From Octopus sinensis (taxonomy: Eukaryota), in contig NC_043024.1 of the NCBI RefSeq assembly GCF_006345805.1, forward strand, positions 15,624,001-15,688,000: 64,000 bases of DNA, in the 5' to 3' direction. Under the pieces are notes generated by a model. It was not told the origin of the DNA. It ran no database searches and saw nothing but the letters and a program-made list of their open reading frames with translations. Positions within the stretch are counted from its first letter, which is position 1, and every line of letters starts with the position of its first letter. Of this stretch, positions 1-12,219 are shown piece after piece. Both the position numbers and the translations under genes were made by a program.

Positions 1-148
1 TTGTTGATGTATATTTATTGATTAAAACCTTTGAGCCTCATTGATTGAATGCTGATACGTCTAGCTTGTTGATTTTCATGGGTGTGACATAAGTTTTAAA
101 TCTTTGTCACAGTAAATTTGGGAAAGTGGGTGGGTGGATGGGGGGCAG

Positions 149-300
149 TCAAATGCACCGACCCCAGTTTTCAACAGGTATTTATTTTATCGACCCTGAA
201 AGAATGAAAAGTATAGTTGACCTCAGCAGAATTCGAACTCTGAATATAAAGATGTACAAAATACCACTAAGTGTGCTAATGATTTTGCTAGTTCACCGTC
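149..300 (-). mobile_element. tRNA-derived SINE family A, partial
   Basis: Reverse complement of the core gtcgactttgcctttcatcc...gataaa..aagtaccag seen in full copies such as 15610-15840. Confidence 0.7.
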
Positions 301-354
<54 letters not shown>

Positions 355-407
355 TATGATAATAATATTGATGATAATAATAATAATAATAATTGATAAT
401 AATATTG

Positions 408-468
<61 letters not shown>
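301..468. repeat. (AAT)n microsatellite
   Basis: Directly visible; source of the poly-N/I/Y ORFs. Confidence 0.98.
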
Positions 469-470
<2 letters not shown>

Positions 471-1024
471 TGCCCTGATGCAGTACCAGGCATTGGCTCT
501 CATGGCTTCTGATCTTAACTGATTGGAAGGTTATCATGTACATTGTTTTTCTTGGTATATAAAGATGGGCTACAGCAAATATTCTGCTCAATACCACAGA
601 TTTGCTTGTCTGTTGTTTGACCTTAACCAGTTGAGCATGTCCCTTAGTGGCTGACGATATGTGCATCTCTGATCACGAGCAGACGTAGTGGGGGAGCATC
701 ATGGCCATGTGTTGAGAGGGATTCTTTGAGTTTGAATGGTTCACCTCTGGAAACATAGGTGTTTCGTTCAACATCCTAAAGCAACCCTTATTCAGGGACC
801 GTTTGAGCAGGATGGGCCACTCAACCTGAAGAAAATTCTAACTGGGCCCCACCTGCAAGGTCATGTGCTGTTCATCTTGATATGAGATCACCATGTCGCG
901 CACATATGGTTGTGATGCATGTGCCTGGTGTACCTTTATCAGACGGGTAGTCATGATGGGTATATTGGGCTTCGTATATTTTACCCCAGTGTCACTGTGA
1001 TGGCATGAACTGCTCTCTCACTCA
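471..1024 (+). mobile_element. Unclassified ~550-bp non-coding interspersed element flanked by (AAT)n
   Basis: Near-identical copy at 27599-28155 and a 5' fragment at 22500-22700 (minus); begins tgccctgatgcagtacc and ends ctctctcactc followed by AAT repeats. Confidence 0.8.
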
Positions 1025-1043
1025 ATAATAATAATAATGATAA

Positions 1044-2780
1044 ATCTGATATGCTAAATAGAACTGGATGCGAATATAAATGTTACAGCAAAACAATCAG
1101 CCACCTTTTATATATGGATGACCTAAAACTATACGCTACAAATGACAAACAGCTGGAAACACAACTAATGACAGTTCATGGATTTACCAAAGAAATAGAT
1201 ATGAAATTAGGATTAGAAAAATGCGCCAAAGTAACCCTGAAAAGAGGAAAGCTAGTTAAGAGTAGCAATATCACACTAGATAAAACCAATGAAATAAGAG
1301 AATTAGATCATAGCCAAACTTACAAATATTTAGGAACCCATGAACTAGATAAAACACAACACACACAAATGAAAGAGAAAATAAAGAAAGAATACTATAG
1401 ACGAGTTAGATCAATACTAAAAACAGAGCTCAATGCTAAAAACAAGGTAATAGGTATTAACACTTTAGCCATCCCAGTTATAAGTTACAGCTACAATATC
1501 CTTAACTGGACACTAAATGAACTAACCAAAATAGATAGGAAAACAAGAAAAATAATGACAGGATCTAGGATGCATCACCAAAAATCTGACATAGAAAGAC
1601 TATATATACAACGTATAGAAGGTGGTAGAGGCCTTATACAGGGACTGCAAAAATACCTACTTCAGAAGCAAGGAAAACTGATACAAATAGCGGCAAAACA
1701 TGAGAAAACAAAAAACTGTTCTCAGTATTTAAAGAAGCTGACAAATACAAACAAGAAATCATACCACCTAACAAATATGAAGAAGTAGAAGAAGAAGAAG
1801 AAGAAGAAGAAGAAGAAGAAGAAGAAGAAGAAGAAGAAGAAGAAACAACAAAAGCTATAAAACATATGAAATCCAAACTAAAACTAGAACAGCAACGGAC
1901 CATGATAAAACGATGGCAAGAAAAGCCACTTCATGGCAAATACTGGACTAAACTAAATGCAAAAGAAATAGACTAAGAAAAATCCCAGCAATGGTTGAGA
2001 AACTCAGGACTCAAAGCAGAGACAGAGGGATTTTTAATTGCAGCACAAGACCAAAACCTCCCCACCAGAAATTACCAAAAACATATAATGAAAAGAAATA
2101 TAACAAGTAATTGCAGAATATGTGGAGATGGACAAGAAACAATAAATCCTATTATCTCTGGCTGCCTAGTCCTGGCTAAGTAGGAATATATTCATAGACA
2201 CGACAGAGTTGGGACCTACATACACTGGAAGCTATGCCAACATTATGGAATAACAACAGAAAGATGGTATAGGCACACACCAGAAAAGGTCACAGAAAAC
2301 GAGAAAGCAACCATACTCTGGGATATGCCAATACACACAGATAGAGAAATTAAGGCCAACAGACCAGGTATAGTTGTCAGAGAACATCAAGAAAAAAAAT
2401 GCTTTCTAATTGATGTATCAATACCAGCAGATGACAACGTGTCTCTAAAAGAAATGGAGAAACTTTCAAACTACAAAGACCTGGAAATAGAGGTAACTAG
2501 AATGTGGAATCTAAAAACAGAAACAATTCCTATCATAGTAGGCGCATTAGGCATGATAAAAAAATATTCAGACAAATACATAACAAAAACACCAGGACTT
2601 ACTAACACATATAACATACAGAAAATTGCACTACTAGGCACTGCACACATCCTACGCAGAACACTTTCCATACAATAACCATCAGAGCATCACAACAAAT
2701 CACAGCACATACCCAAGGCACACAGAGCTGCGCTCGGTAGTGAAGTGAAAGCACGCTATAAAATAAAACTACTGAATAAT
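1044..2780 (+). mobile_element. 5'-truncated, decayed R4/Dong-clade non-LTR retrotransposon (RT C-terminus, CCHC finger, restriction-like endonuclease, 3' UTR)
   Basis: HLLYMDDLKLYA (RT); AAQDQ; CRICG..ETINPIISGC; RHDRV..IHWKLC; ILWD..ANRPGIVV..IDVSIP..EKLSNY (RLE, catalytic PD altered to PG); GALG..TAHILRR stop at 2678. Internal stops and frameshift; AAT repeats on both sides. Confidence 0.9.
1783..1846 (+). repeat. (GAA)n tract inside the LINE ORF (reads as poly-Glu)
   Basis: Reads KYEEVEEEE...ETTKAIK in frame with the downstream ORF segment. Confidence 0.9.
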
Positions 2781-2795
2781 AATAATGATAATATA

Positions 2796-2844
<49 letters not shown>

Positions 2845-3038
2845 TCTTCCTACTGTAGGTACAAGGCCTGGAATTTTGTGGGGAGGGGACTAATCAATTA
2901 CATTGATCCCAGTGTTTCATTGGTACTTAATTTATCGACCCTGAAAGATGAAAAGCAAAGTTTGACCTTGGCAGAATTTGTACTCAGAACATAGCGGCAG
3001 ACAAAGTACCGCTAATTATTTCACCCAGCATTCTAATG
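2845..3038 (-). mobile_element. SINE family A variant
   Basis: Same core and head in reverse complement. Confidence 0.7.
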
Positions 3039-3124
3039 ATGATGATGATGATGATTGTGGGGGTGGGGAGGAGGAGAGAGGAAGAAGAAGAAGAAGAAGA
3101 AGAAGAAGAAGAAGAGAAGAAGAA

Positions 3125-3560
3125 TGATAATAGAGAAGAATGAGAATAAAAATTGCAAAATCCTGTGGGATGTAATGATCCACTGTGATTACCTGACCAG
3201 ACATTGGAAACAAGACATTGTTGTAGTGGAAAATAAAGAAAGAACTTGTATGATAGTCAGCATGGCATGCCTTGGTGACAACAGGATCAATGATTAAAAA
3301 GAAGAAAAAACGAACAACTATGATGATTTGAACTGGGAAATATGAAGGTCAATGAGGAGAGTAGATGTGATACCAATAGTAATTGGTGCACTTGGAAGTA
3401 TTCAACTACCGACATGGCTCAAAAAGATTGGTGCAAGTGTGAAGATAGAACACCTACAAAAATCAGCATTGCTTGGAACTGCAAGAATTCTTCGCAGGGT
3501 TCTTGAAGCATGACCAGTAAACAAGTGTCACCTTTGTCTGCTGGTTGTGGGCAGTTGACA
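3125..3560 (+). mobile_element. 3' fragment of a second RLE-type (R4-like) LINE family
   Basis: KILWDVMIHCD..DIVVV..VIPIVIGALG..LQKSALLGTARILRRVLEA stop; clearly diverged from the 1044-2780 copy. Confidence 0.8.
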
Positions 3561-3995
3561 CCTTCCATCACATAGGCATTCCATAGAACCCAAGTTTGGG
3601 CAGCGTTGAATGGCGGACAGGTTGGTGCTCATGCAGCATGTCCTGCTCCCCACCACCAACATTCCACATCTCTGATGGACGCAAAGAAATAGCATGGGTT
3701 TTACAATTTGGCACCAGCATTGTCACAGGAATTGCCAAAATGTGGTTGTCAACATTTGACAGACGAAATACCTCTAAGCATTTTGCCCGGCATGCTAACG
3801 ATTCCGCCAGCTCCCTGCCTTAGAGACTACTAATAATGCATTAGCCTGTTCGGCCAGACAACACTCTTACAGTCAGGCAGACCACTAGGACCTTCTTTCA
3901 GGGTCATTAATGATAGACAGAGGCCATGTATATATGATCTATAGTTATTGATTTAAAAGCATTGAGTCTCAGTCTTACAGATCAGAATTAGATAT

Positions 3996-4826
3996 TCAGG
4001 GTCCTCCCACATAGAAAAAAATTGACATCATTTGAAATGTAAATATCTGAGTAACTACATGTCTGAGGCAAACAAGATTAAATAGGCTTCATGTAGGACA
4101 ATAACGGATTTATTTCTCAAAATTCAAGCAAGAGATTCAGAGGGATGTAGATTTTTTAAACCGATTCCACAAAGCTTCACAAATGTTCAAGATGCACACC
4201 ACCTTTGACATGATACATGTCAAGTCAGTCGTCCAACTCGTGGAGAAGGCTAGCCACTGGATTTGGTTAAAAAGAGACGATGAGCGATGGCTAGAAGAAT
4301 ATTGAGCTTTATTTGATAACCAGCTGATCTAGCAAGCGGGGCCTCATATCAGTGAGGGGGGCTGGCGCGCATTGATGCCGTCAAGAGGTAGGCCCCGAAA
4401 CGGTGCGCATTCTCTCCTGATGACCCCATACACTTGCTGGCTTCCAGTATGTGGAGCTTTTGACTGGTAGCACTTGCATGTGCAAGTTGTGTGCAAGACA
4501 AGTCAGTAGTCCAACTGGTGTCAAACATCCTGTAGTATGTCTTCCATAACATTTACCAGTACCTCTGTGGTTCTCCGCTTGAATTCCTCTAGGCTTGTAC
4601 AAAGTGGTGGCGGATATAGACCAGCCCTATCACATAGCCCCATAGAAAAAAATCATAAGGTGTCAAGTGAGGTGAATATGGTGGCCATTTCGACAGCACA
4701 TTGTCATTATCACTGGCATCCAAACTTAGTTTTTACACATTTTGTTAAAATTTGAGATCATTTGAGCAGGAACTGACTATGTTATCAAACTACAAAATGA
4801 TGTCCATTTTTGGAGACACCCTGTAT
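3996..4826 (-). mobile_element. Internally deleted Tc1/mariner-superfamily transposon, interrupted by a LINE fragment
   Basis: Minus strand reads WPPYSPHLTPYDFFLWGYV...LEEFKRR...ELDD*LD..G.HLEHL stop; degenerate termini cagggt..ctcc..aaaaa.tgacatcattt and aaaatgatgtccatttttggagacaccctg. Confidence 0.8.
4243..4498 (+). mobile_element. HERO-like RLE LINE 3' end with 22-bp TSD
   Basis: EKASHWIWLKRDDERW plus 3' UTR; flanked by caagtcagtcgtccaactcgtg (4221-4242) and caagtcagtagtccaactggtg (4499-4520); second copy at 10688-11072. Confidence 0.8.
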
Positions 4827-5369
4827 ATCAACCTAGTTGATTTGTAGCTATTAATTTAAGTCTTGAGTCTCACTTACCAAAAATCAATATATCTACATAG
4901 CTGATCTGTATTTTTCAATACAGAAGTGTTGAGTCTTACAGATCAAAGATCAATATTTATCTAGCTAGTTGATTTGTTGCTAGTGATTTAAAACTGTCGT
5001 GTCTCACGAATCAAAACTTGGTATATCTACATTGCTGATCTGTATTTATCGATTTGAAAGTGTTGAGTCACACATATCAAAGATTGATATATCTGACTAG
5101 CTGATTTGTAGTTATTGATTTGGAGGTATTGAGTCTCTCAGATCAAAGATCAATATAGGCATTATATTATGTCAATTTATTTATTTATTTACTAAAATGA
5201 CAATTACAAGAATATACATACGTGTATAACATATTATGCTTTACATATAAAATATATAAAGATACCAGTAATTATTAAAATATATAATTATTAAAATATA
5301 TAACATACAGGATTTTTGATCTGTGAGACTCAGCACTCTAAATCACTGGCTACAGATCAATAAGCTATA

Positions 5370-5407
<38 letters not shown>

Positions 5408-5780
5408 CTTATTGATCTGTAGCCAGTGAATTAGTGTGCTGAGTCTCACTGATCAAAACTTTATATATCTGGCAAGCTGATTTGTAGTTATTGATTTGAA
5501 GGTACTGAGTCTCACAGATCAAAGATCAATATATATCTAGCTAGTTGATCTATTGCTATTGACAGCAACTGTTGAGTATCATAGATCAATTACCAATATA
5601 CCAAGCTGATTGTCATGTAATTTTTGATTGGGACTGTTGTATCGCATTGATCAAACACTAATATACTTAGCTAGATGTCTTGTATTAACTGACAGTTATT
5701 GATTTCAAGTTGTTGATTCTCACAGATGAAAGATCAATATGTCCAACTGATTGTCATAAGGTGTCATTGATTTTGTGTGA
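4826..5780. repeat. Degenerate ~65-70-bp tandem satellite
   Basis: Recurring unit tatatctagctagttgatttgtagttattgatttgaaagtgttgagtctcacagatcaaagatcaa; one more unit at ~3930-3995. Confidence 0.8.
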
Positions 5781-5949
5781 TTCAGCAGTTTCGCAATCAA
5801 TCTAGATACATACATACTTGTAATTACATTCACACACACACACACACACACACAGAGTGTCATCTCTAAATTCTATTACACATAAACACACATCATCATC
5901 ATTGTTTTGACATCCACTTTTCCATGCTTGCCTGAGTTAACCAGAATTG

Positions 5950-6410
5950 TTTGACATTTTGAGCCTACGCTCTTCAGCAGAAGGAGATGAGAGGAAAAAA
6001 ATGAAGAGAGAACTATATGCGCACAAACATATATAGTCAACAAATGAGATTCAGAGATGCTCAATAAAGAAAACAATAGTGCTCAAATGATTTGAACTTA
6101 TACTCCCTGTGCATAGAGGGTGCTTGTAAAGACAAGAATATGATATATATAGGTGAGACATCTAGAAGCATTGTAGAGAGACTAAATGAACATTTAAGAC
6201 AATATGATGGCAAAAGACAGTGCTCCATACTCTACCAACATGCCAAAGACCAACATGGAGGCACACTGTGTCATCTTGACATCCGCATTTTATCTAAGCA
6301 CCCAAAAGACTCAACACTCAGACAAATACAGGAGTACATTCTCAAAGACGAAAAATATCCAGTACTAAATATGAAATATACGTGGAAGGTAGTCATACCC
6401 CAATACCCAC
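5950..6410 (+). mobile_element. Penelope-like element GIY-YIG endonuclease remnant
   Basis: LYSLCIEGAC..IYIGETSRSIVERLNEH..ILYQH..LRQIQEY..VLN. Confidence 0.8.
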
Positions 6411-6476
6411 AGTTTATATATACACAGCTAGAGTTCTTAGTAGGCAGTTATGTAGACGTATATATACATACATACA

Positions 6477-6507
<31 letters not shown>

Positions 6508-7019
6508 GTGTGTGTGTGTGTGCGTATAGGTAGATGGATATGCAAGTAAACAGATAGATAAATAGAAACATAGGTACATAGGTAATACAGACAGACAAGT
6601 ACACACACACATACACACTCATATACACACATAAATGAAGACTGAAACATATGACCATATACATGCACACACACACGCTTCACATGCTCACACACATGCT
6701 TCACATGCACACACAAGAAGACAGAGGTACACACACACACATATGAACACAAAAAAATGAATATGTATGCATGTATATATGTATATATATATGTGTGTGT
6801 ACATATATATGTATGTATATATATGTATATATATATACAGATGTAAATTTATGCATGTATATATATAGATGTATATGTATATATGTATATATATACATAT
6901 GTATATATAAATTATCCCTCTTTGTATCACCTAGTTGTCTGAATGTTTTGCCTTCTTGTCTCATTTTGTATTTTATATATATATGCATATATACATATAT
7001 ATGTATATATATATGTATA

Positions 7020-7063
<44 letters not shown>

Positions 7064-7230
7064 CATGCATATATATATATATATATATGTAGTTAAGAAA
7101 GAAATGTAAAAGTCACAGAAAGTTTGCATAATAAAACTTATGGTGATATGAGGAAGATATTACATCATTACATCATTACAAGTTAAATAAGCTCCGGTTT
7201 CACGATCAACGGTTGTCAACTTATATATAG

Positions 7231-7354
7231 AGAAAACTTTTTTGCTGTCAATATGACATGTTTGGAAAAAAAGTAAACAGAGATGAAGCAATATGTCAAG
7301 GGGAGCAACTCATATTTTTACATGAAGCTCTTCTGCGTTTTTGGCAAGCATACA
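7231..7354 (+). CDS. Candidate host exon (RKLFCCQYDMFGKKVNRDEAICQGEQLIFLHEALLRFWQAY)
   Basis: tatatag acceptor and gtaaca donor; 41 open codons in non-repetitive sequence; product not recognised. Confidence 0.4.
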
Positions 7355-7394
7355 GTAACAGGACTTTTTTCATTTTATACACAGTTAATTATAT

Positions 7395-7631
7395 TACGAT
7401 ACTAGGTCATTCCTCTTAATTTTACATATATATATATATGGGCCAATATATTTTGTATCGTTAGCCACTACACACATTTTTCTCTCTTTGTTTTTTCTGC
7501 GTCCCTTTCTGTAGAAGAGCGTAGGCTCGAAACGTAAAAGACTTTTTCTACTCCTGAGCGTTATACTAATACATCTGTTTGTTTTGTACACCACCTGTCT
7601 TCGTCTTTTGTTTTTTTTCGTAAACTCTCCC

Positions 7632-7635
<4 letters not shown>
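7395..7635 (+). mobile_element. Penelope pLTR-like short repeat carrying a hammerhead motif
   Basis: Homologous to 30350-30615 (minus) and 45845-46060 (minus); related to 10190-10395 and 51065-51230. Confidence 0.65.
7505..7540 (+). ncRNA. Minimal type I hammerhead ribozyme motif, CUGUAGA core variant
   Basis: cttt-ctgtaga-a-gagc(gtag)gctc-gaaa-cg-ta-aaag. Confidence 0.55.
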
Positions 7636-7670
<35 letters not shown>

Positions 7671-7689
7671 GAGCCAATATCTGTGCATG

Positions 7690-7890
7690 TGTGTGTCTGT
7701 GTTTGTACTCCTACCATCGCTTGACAACCGATATTGCTGTGTTTATGCCTCCATAACTTAGCAGTTCGGCAAAAGACACTGATAGAATATGTACTAGGCT
7801 TACAAAGAATAAATCCTGGGTTCGATTTCTTCGAATAAATGTATTGCTCCAGCATGGCTTCAATCACATGAGCGAAACAAGTAAAACAAT
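7690..7890 (+). mobile_element. SINE family B, 3' half
   Basis: Matches the 3' half of the full copy at 62659-63085. Confidence 0.8.
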
Positions 7891-8194
7891 AAAAAAAACT
7901 ATACCACTTTAATCCTGAGCAATGCCGGGTATCTCTGCTAGTGTATATATATATATATACACATATGCATCTGCACACATATGGAAAAACCCAGATGCAA
8001 TTACACACACACACACTCACAAACACACATACACACTACTTACATACAACCCTTTCTCTCCTTCTCTCTTCTTTTCCTTCTCTTCCTACTCTGCATAAAT
8101 TAACATATATTATAACAAATTCCCCTTTCATTATAAAATATGTTGTAATATTTACAGCACCAAATTTACATCATAACAAATACTGTTTGCTTCC

Positions 8195-8230
8195 TCTGTC
8201 TCTGTCTGTCTGTCTCTATCTATCTATCTG

Positions 8231-8273
<43 letters not shown>

Positions 8274-8282
8274 GTCTATCTG

Positions 8283-8328
<46 letters not shown>

Positions 8329-8341
8329 AATCTATCTTCCC

Positions 8342-8396
<55 letters not shown>

Positions 8397-8404
8397 CATC
8401 TATC

Positions 8405-8441
<37 letters not shown>

Positions 8442-8449
8442 CATCTATC

Positions 8450-8505
<56 letters not shown>

Positions 8506-8520
8506 TTATCTATTATTTAT
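8195..8520. repeat. (CTAT)n microsatellite
   Basis: Directly visible. Confidence 0.98.
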
Positions 8521-8919
8521 CTCTTTATCTCATCTCTACAGATACATCTTCATAACTAGAATTCGTTTATCTTATCACCACCACCGCCACCCTACAACCA
8601 CCACCGCCGCCACCAACGCCACCACCACCACCCCACAACCACCACCACCAACACTGTCAGCATCACCACTGCTATCATTGCCTTTACTATTATATCCAAC
8701 ATCATAAAAAAATTATCATTGCCACCGTCACCACCACCACTACCACCACCACCACCACCGCCCCTGCCACCACTGCCCCTGCCACCACCGACTCCACCAT
8801 TGAGAGTGTGATGCAAATTAACCTGACTCACTGACCGGCTGGATTAAGAAAGTGTGTGTGGTGTATATATATATATATATATACATATCCACACACACAC
8901 ATAAACACATCTATCTATC

Positions 8920-8958
<39 letters not shown>

Positions 8959-9729
8959 TCATATGGAAAGCAAACGCTAAACGATGATGATAATGATATA
9001 TATATATATAATATATATATATATATGCACGCTCATATACACATATTCATGTGCACAAATATATGTGTCTGTATGTATTTACATCTGTATATATATACGT
9101 ATGTATGTTTGTATGTCTATATGTATGTCTATATGTATGTATGTTTGTATGTATGTACGTCTGTTTGTATGTATGTATGCGAGTATGTGTGAATATCTGT
9201 ATGTATGTGAGTTTAATATAGAACTGATTGCATGTGTGACAGGCTGCTTATGTATGTATGTGTATATGTAGGCATATATGTGTATGTTTGTATGTAATCA
9301 TGTATGTTTGCATGCATGTATGTATATGTAAACATGTATGTATGCATAAGCGTATAGATGCATATACGTATGGTTTTCTATATATGTGAGTGTATGTGTA
9401 AATGTATGTAACTGTATACAATATAGATATTTTGTATGTAGGAATGCATGTATGCGTGTATATACATATGTATGTATGTATGTATGTGTGTATATATGTA
9501 TAAATGTACGTACATATGTATGCATGTATGTATATTTGTATGTATAAGTGTATGTATCTATATATGTATGTATGCATATATATATGCTGATAGATATGCA
9601 CGTATGCATGTATATATGAGTGTATGTATATATGTATATATGTATGTCATTGTTCAGTTTTATTTCAAGGTTTCTTGTCAATAGAGAAAGAGCCGGTTTC
9701 TAACCTAGATCCAAGGATCCTTCATTGGA

Positions 9730-10165
9730 ATTTCAATATCAACAACAGGGTATTTTTGTATGTATGTTTGTATGTATGTATGTATTTATGTTTATGTGTG
9801 TGTGTATATATATATATGTATGCATGTATGTGTATGTATGTATGTATGTATGTATGTATGTATGCATGTATGAATGTATGTATGTATGCATGTATGTATG
9901 TATGTATGTATGCATGTATGTATGCATGTATGTATGTATGTATGTATGTATGTATGTATGTATGTATGTATGTATGTATGTATCTATGCATGTATGCATG
10001 TATGTATGTATGCATGTATGTATGTATGTATGGATGTATGTATGTATGCATGTATGTGGGTGTGTATGTATGTATGTATGTATGTATGCATGCATGTATG
10101 CATGTATGTATGTAGGTGTGTATGTATGTATGTATGTATGTATGCATGCATGTATGTATGTACCT
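9730..10165. repeat. (TATG)n microsatellite
   Basis: Directly visible; a similar tract lies at 18700-19095. Confidence 0.98.
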
Positions 10166-10257
10166 ACAATATGTGCTCATTCAATATGTGACCGCGTGTG
10201 TATCGTTGGCGATTGTTTTTCCTCCGTCTTCCCTTCCTTGGATCTTTTTTTTTCTAT

Positions 10258-10292
10258 ATTTCTGACGAAGAGCTCCGCTCGAAACGTTAAAT
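10258..10292 (+). ncRNA. Minimal type I hammerhead ribozyme motif within a pLTR-like repeat (10190-10395)
   Basis: attt-ctgacga-a-gagc(tcc)gctc-gaaa-cg-tt-aaat; extra A after A9; self-complementary stem III ACGU. Confidence 0.7.
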
Positions 10293-10621
10293 CCTCCTTC
10301 TCTCTTTCCTTTCCTGAGCGTCCAATAATACTATACTTGTTCCACGTCCTCGCGTTGTTGTGTTTTCTCTTTGTGTTTCCATGTTTGGATTAACTTAATG
10401 TATGTATGTAGGTCTGTATTTGTTCTCTTCCATATTTAACAGAGATATAAAGAAAGAAAGCTCCTTGTTTGGAATGTAGATAACGAATACAATGTCACAT
10501 TTTAAACCTGAGAAAAGTCTTGCAGAGTTTTACTGTTCTGCTTACAGACTGTATTTGTAATGTACGAATCAATTTCATGTGGTATTTTATCTGAAGATCC
10601 AAACCTATCTGGAATGATAGT

Positions 10622-10658
<37 letters not shown>

Positions 10659-10687
10659 GTGTTTGTATATAGGTATGTATATGTATG

Positions 10688-11072
10688 TGTGTATACATGT
10701 ATGTATGTATTTATGTTGAGGGTTTGTTGGACACAGTGTGAGACGACTGTTGTTATCGCTAGGCCTAACTCATCGTAAAGTCAATACCACCATGACCGAT
10801 AGCCAAACTACAGTAGAGAAGGCTAGCCACTGGATTTGGTTAAAAAGAGACGATGAGCGATGCCTAGAAGGATATTGAGTTTAACCTCATAACCAGCTGA
10901 TCTAGCAAGCAGGGCCTCATATCAGTGAGGGGGCCGGTGCACATTGATGCCGTCGAGGGGTAGTCCCCAAAACAGCGCGCATTCTCTCCTGATGACCCCA
11001 TTCACTTGCTGGCTTCCGGTATACAGAGCTTTTGACTGGTAGCACTTGCATGTGCAAGTTGTTTGCAAGACA
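10688..11072 (+). mobile_element. HERO-like RLE LINE 3' end
   Basis: C*GFVGHSVRRLLLSLGL...VEKASHWIWLKRDD then 3' UTR; same 3' boundary (gcaagaca) as 4243-4498. Confidence 0.8.
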
Positions 11073-11139
11073 TGTGTGTGTATGTATGTATGTACATATG
11101 TATATGTTATGTTAGATCATTCTTCGTGCATAGTATGGC

Positions 11140-11420
11140 TATCAGTAACACAAGCACCAACCGTACCAAGCCTGCTTGGCAAGAAAGGCAGCAAGCTGGT
11201 AGAAATGTTAACACACTGGGCGAAATGCCTAGCGGTATTTTGTCTGTCCTTATGTTCTGAGTTCAAATTCCACCGAGGTCGACTTTCCCTTTCATCCTTT
11301 CGGGGTCGATAAATTAAGTACCAGTTATGCACTGGGGTCGATGTAATTGACTTAATCCCTTTGCTTGTCCTTGTTTGTCCCTTCTATGTTTATCCCCCTG
11401 TGGGCAAAAAAGAAATAAGA
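11140..11420 (+). mobile_element. SINE family A with ~47-bp 5' extension
   Basis: Head begins ~11187; leader shared with 13747. Confidence 0.85.
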
Positions 11421-11869
11421 AGGGTAGTTTTTATTGAACACCCTGCTGAATGCAAAACAAAATCTGTCAAAGGGTGGACGAACTCAGTAGGGTCAATGGT
11501 CATCCAACAGCTGTGACTGAGAAACCCATGGTCATTGTTTAAACATCCCCGTGTGAGAAGGGAATTCTCAAATAACACCCGTCTCACTGCAAAGCCAGAA
11601 GTCTTGGCCATTCTTGTTTCTGGACAACTTGGCTTTGCAGGTAAGAGCCTTAGCAGTGTTCTGAAAGTTGTGATTGACTTTAAATTTCAACGTGGGTTTT
11701 GTTGCTAGTGATAGAACAGAAATATGACCCCTCATGAAGACCCTGTCAAAGAGGATCAAGAGCTTCCATAGCAGAGCCCTGAGAACCATCAAGAATTTCA
11801 GATGGTACCATCATACTTCTGACTAAGAACTGCATGTAAAGGTAAGGAAAAGTTACCTTCTTGAGTCAG

Positions 11870-12065
11870 AAGGGCCAGTTTCCTGGTTTCATGGTGTATA
11901 GATTCTCAACCTGGTTACTCCTTTTTGTCAGCTGAGTGGACTGGAGTATTGTGAAATGAAGTATCTTGCTGAAGAACTACAATGTGTTACCCAGTCCAGG
12001 AATTGAAACCACAATCTTATGATCATGAGTCCAACACCCTAACCACTAAGCCATGCACCTCCACG
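11870..12065 (-). mobile_element. tRNA-derived SINE family C
   Basis: Reverse complement of gtggcttagtggttagggtgttggactcatgat..gtttcaattcctggac (A and B boxes). Confidence 0.8.
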
Positions 12066-12219
12066 TAAGAACTACATGTGTACACACATCAGCCCACAAC
12101 CTCTCACCTCGTGTTATCTGCTTCATGCACTGGTATAGATATGTCTTCCACCTCCCATCCTATCAGGGCCTTACTCTCATTTGGTGTTTAGGAAATAGAC
12201 ATCATTCCTATACAAAATC

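Noticed and set aside
471-800. HDV-like ribozyme or snRNA origin for the 5' end of the 550-bp element
   Set aside because: Could not build P1/P1.1/P3 by eye and saw no match to recalled U snRNAs; left as a test only
4385-4430. gaaacgg...ctgatga in the HERO-like 3' UTR as a permuted hammerhead
   Set aside because: No valid NUH site or stems, and not conserved in the second copy
10441-10625. Two strong splice acceptors with short open frames
   Set aside because: One ends in a stop after 20 codons and the other lacks a good donor; insufficient support
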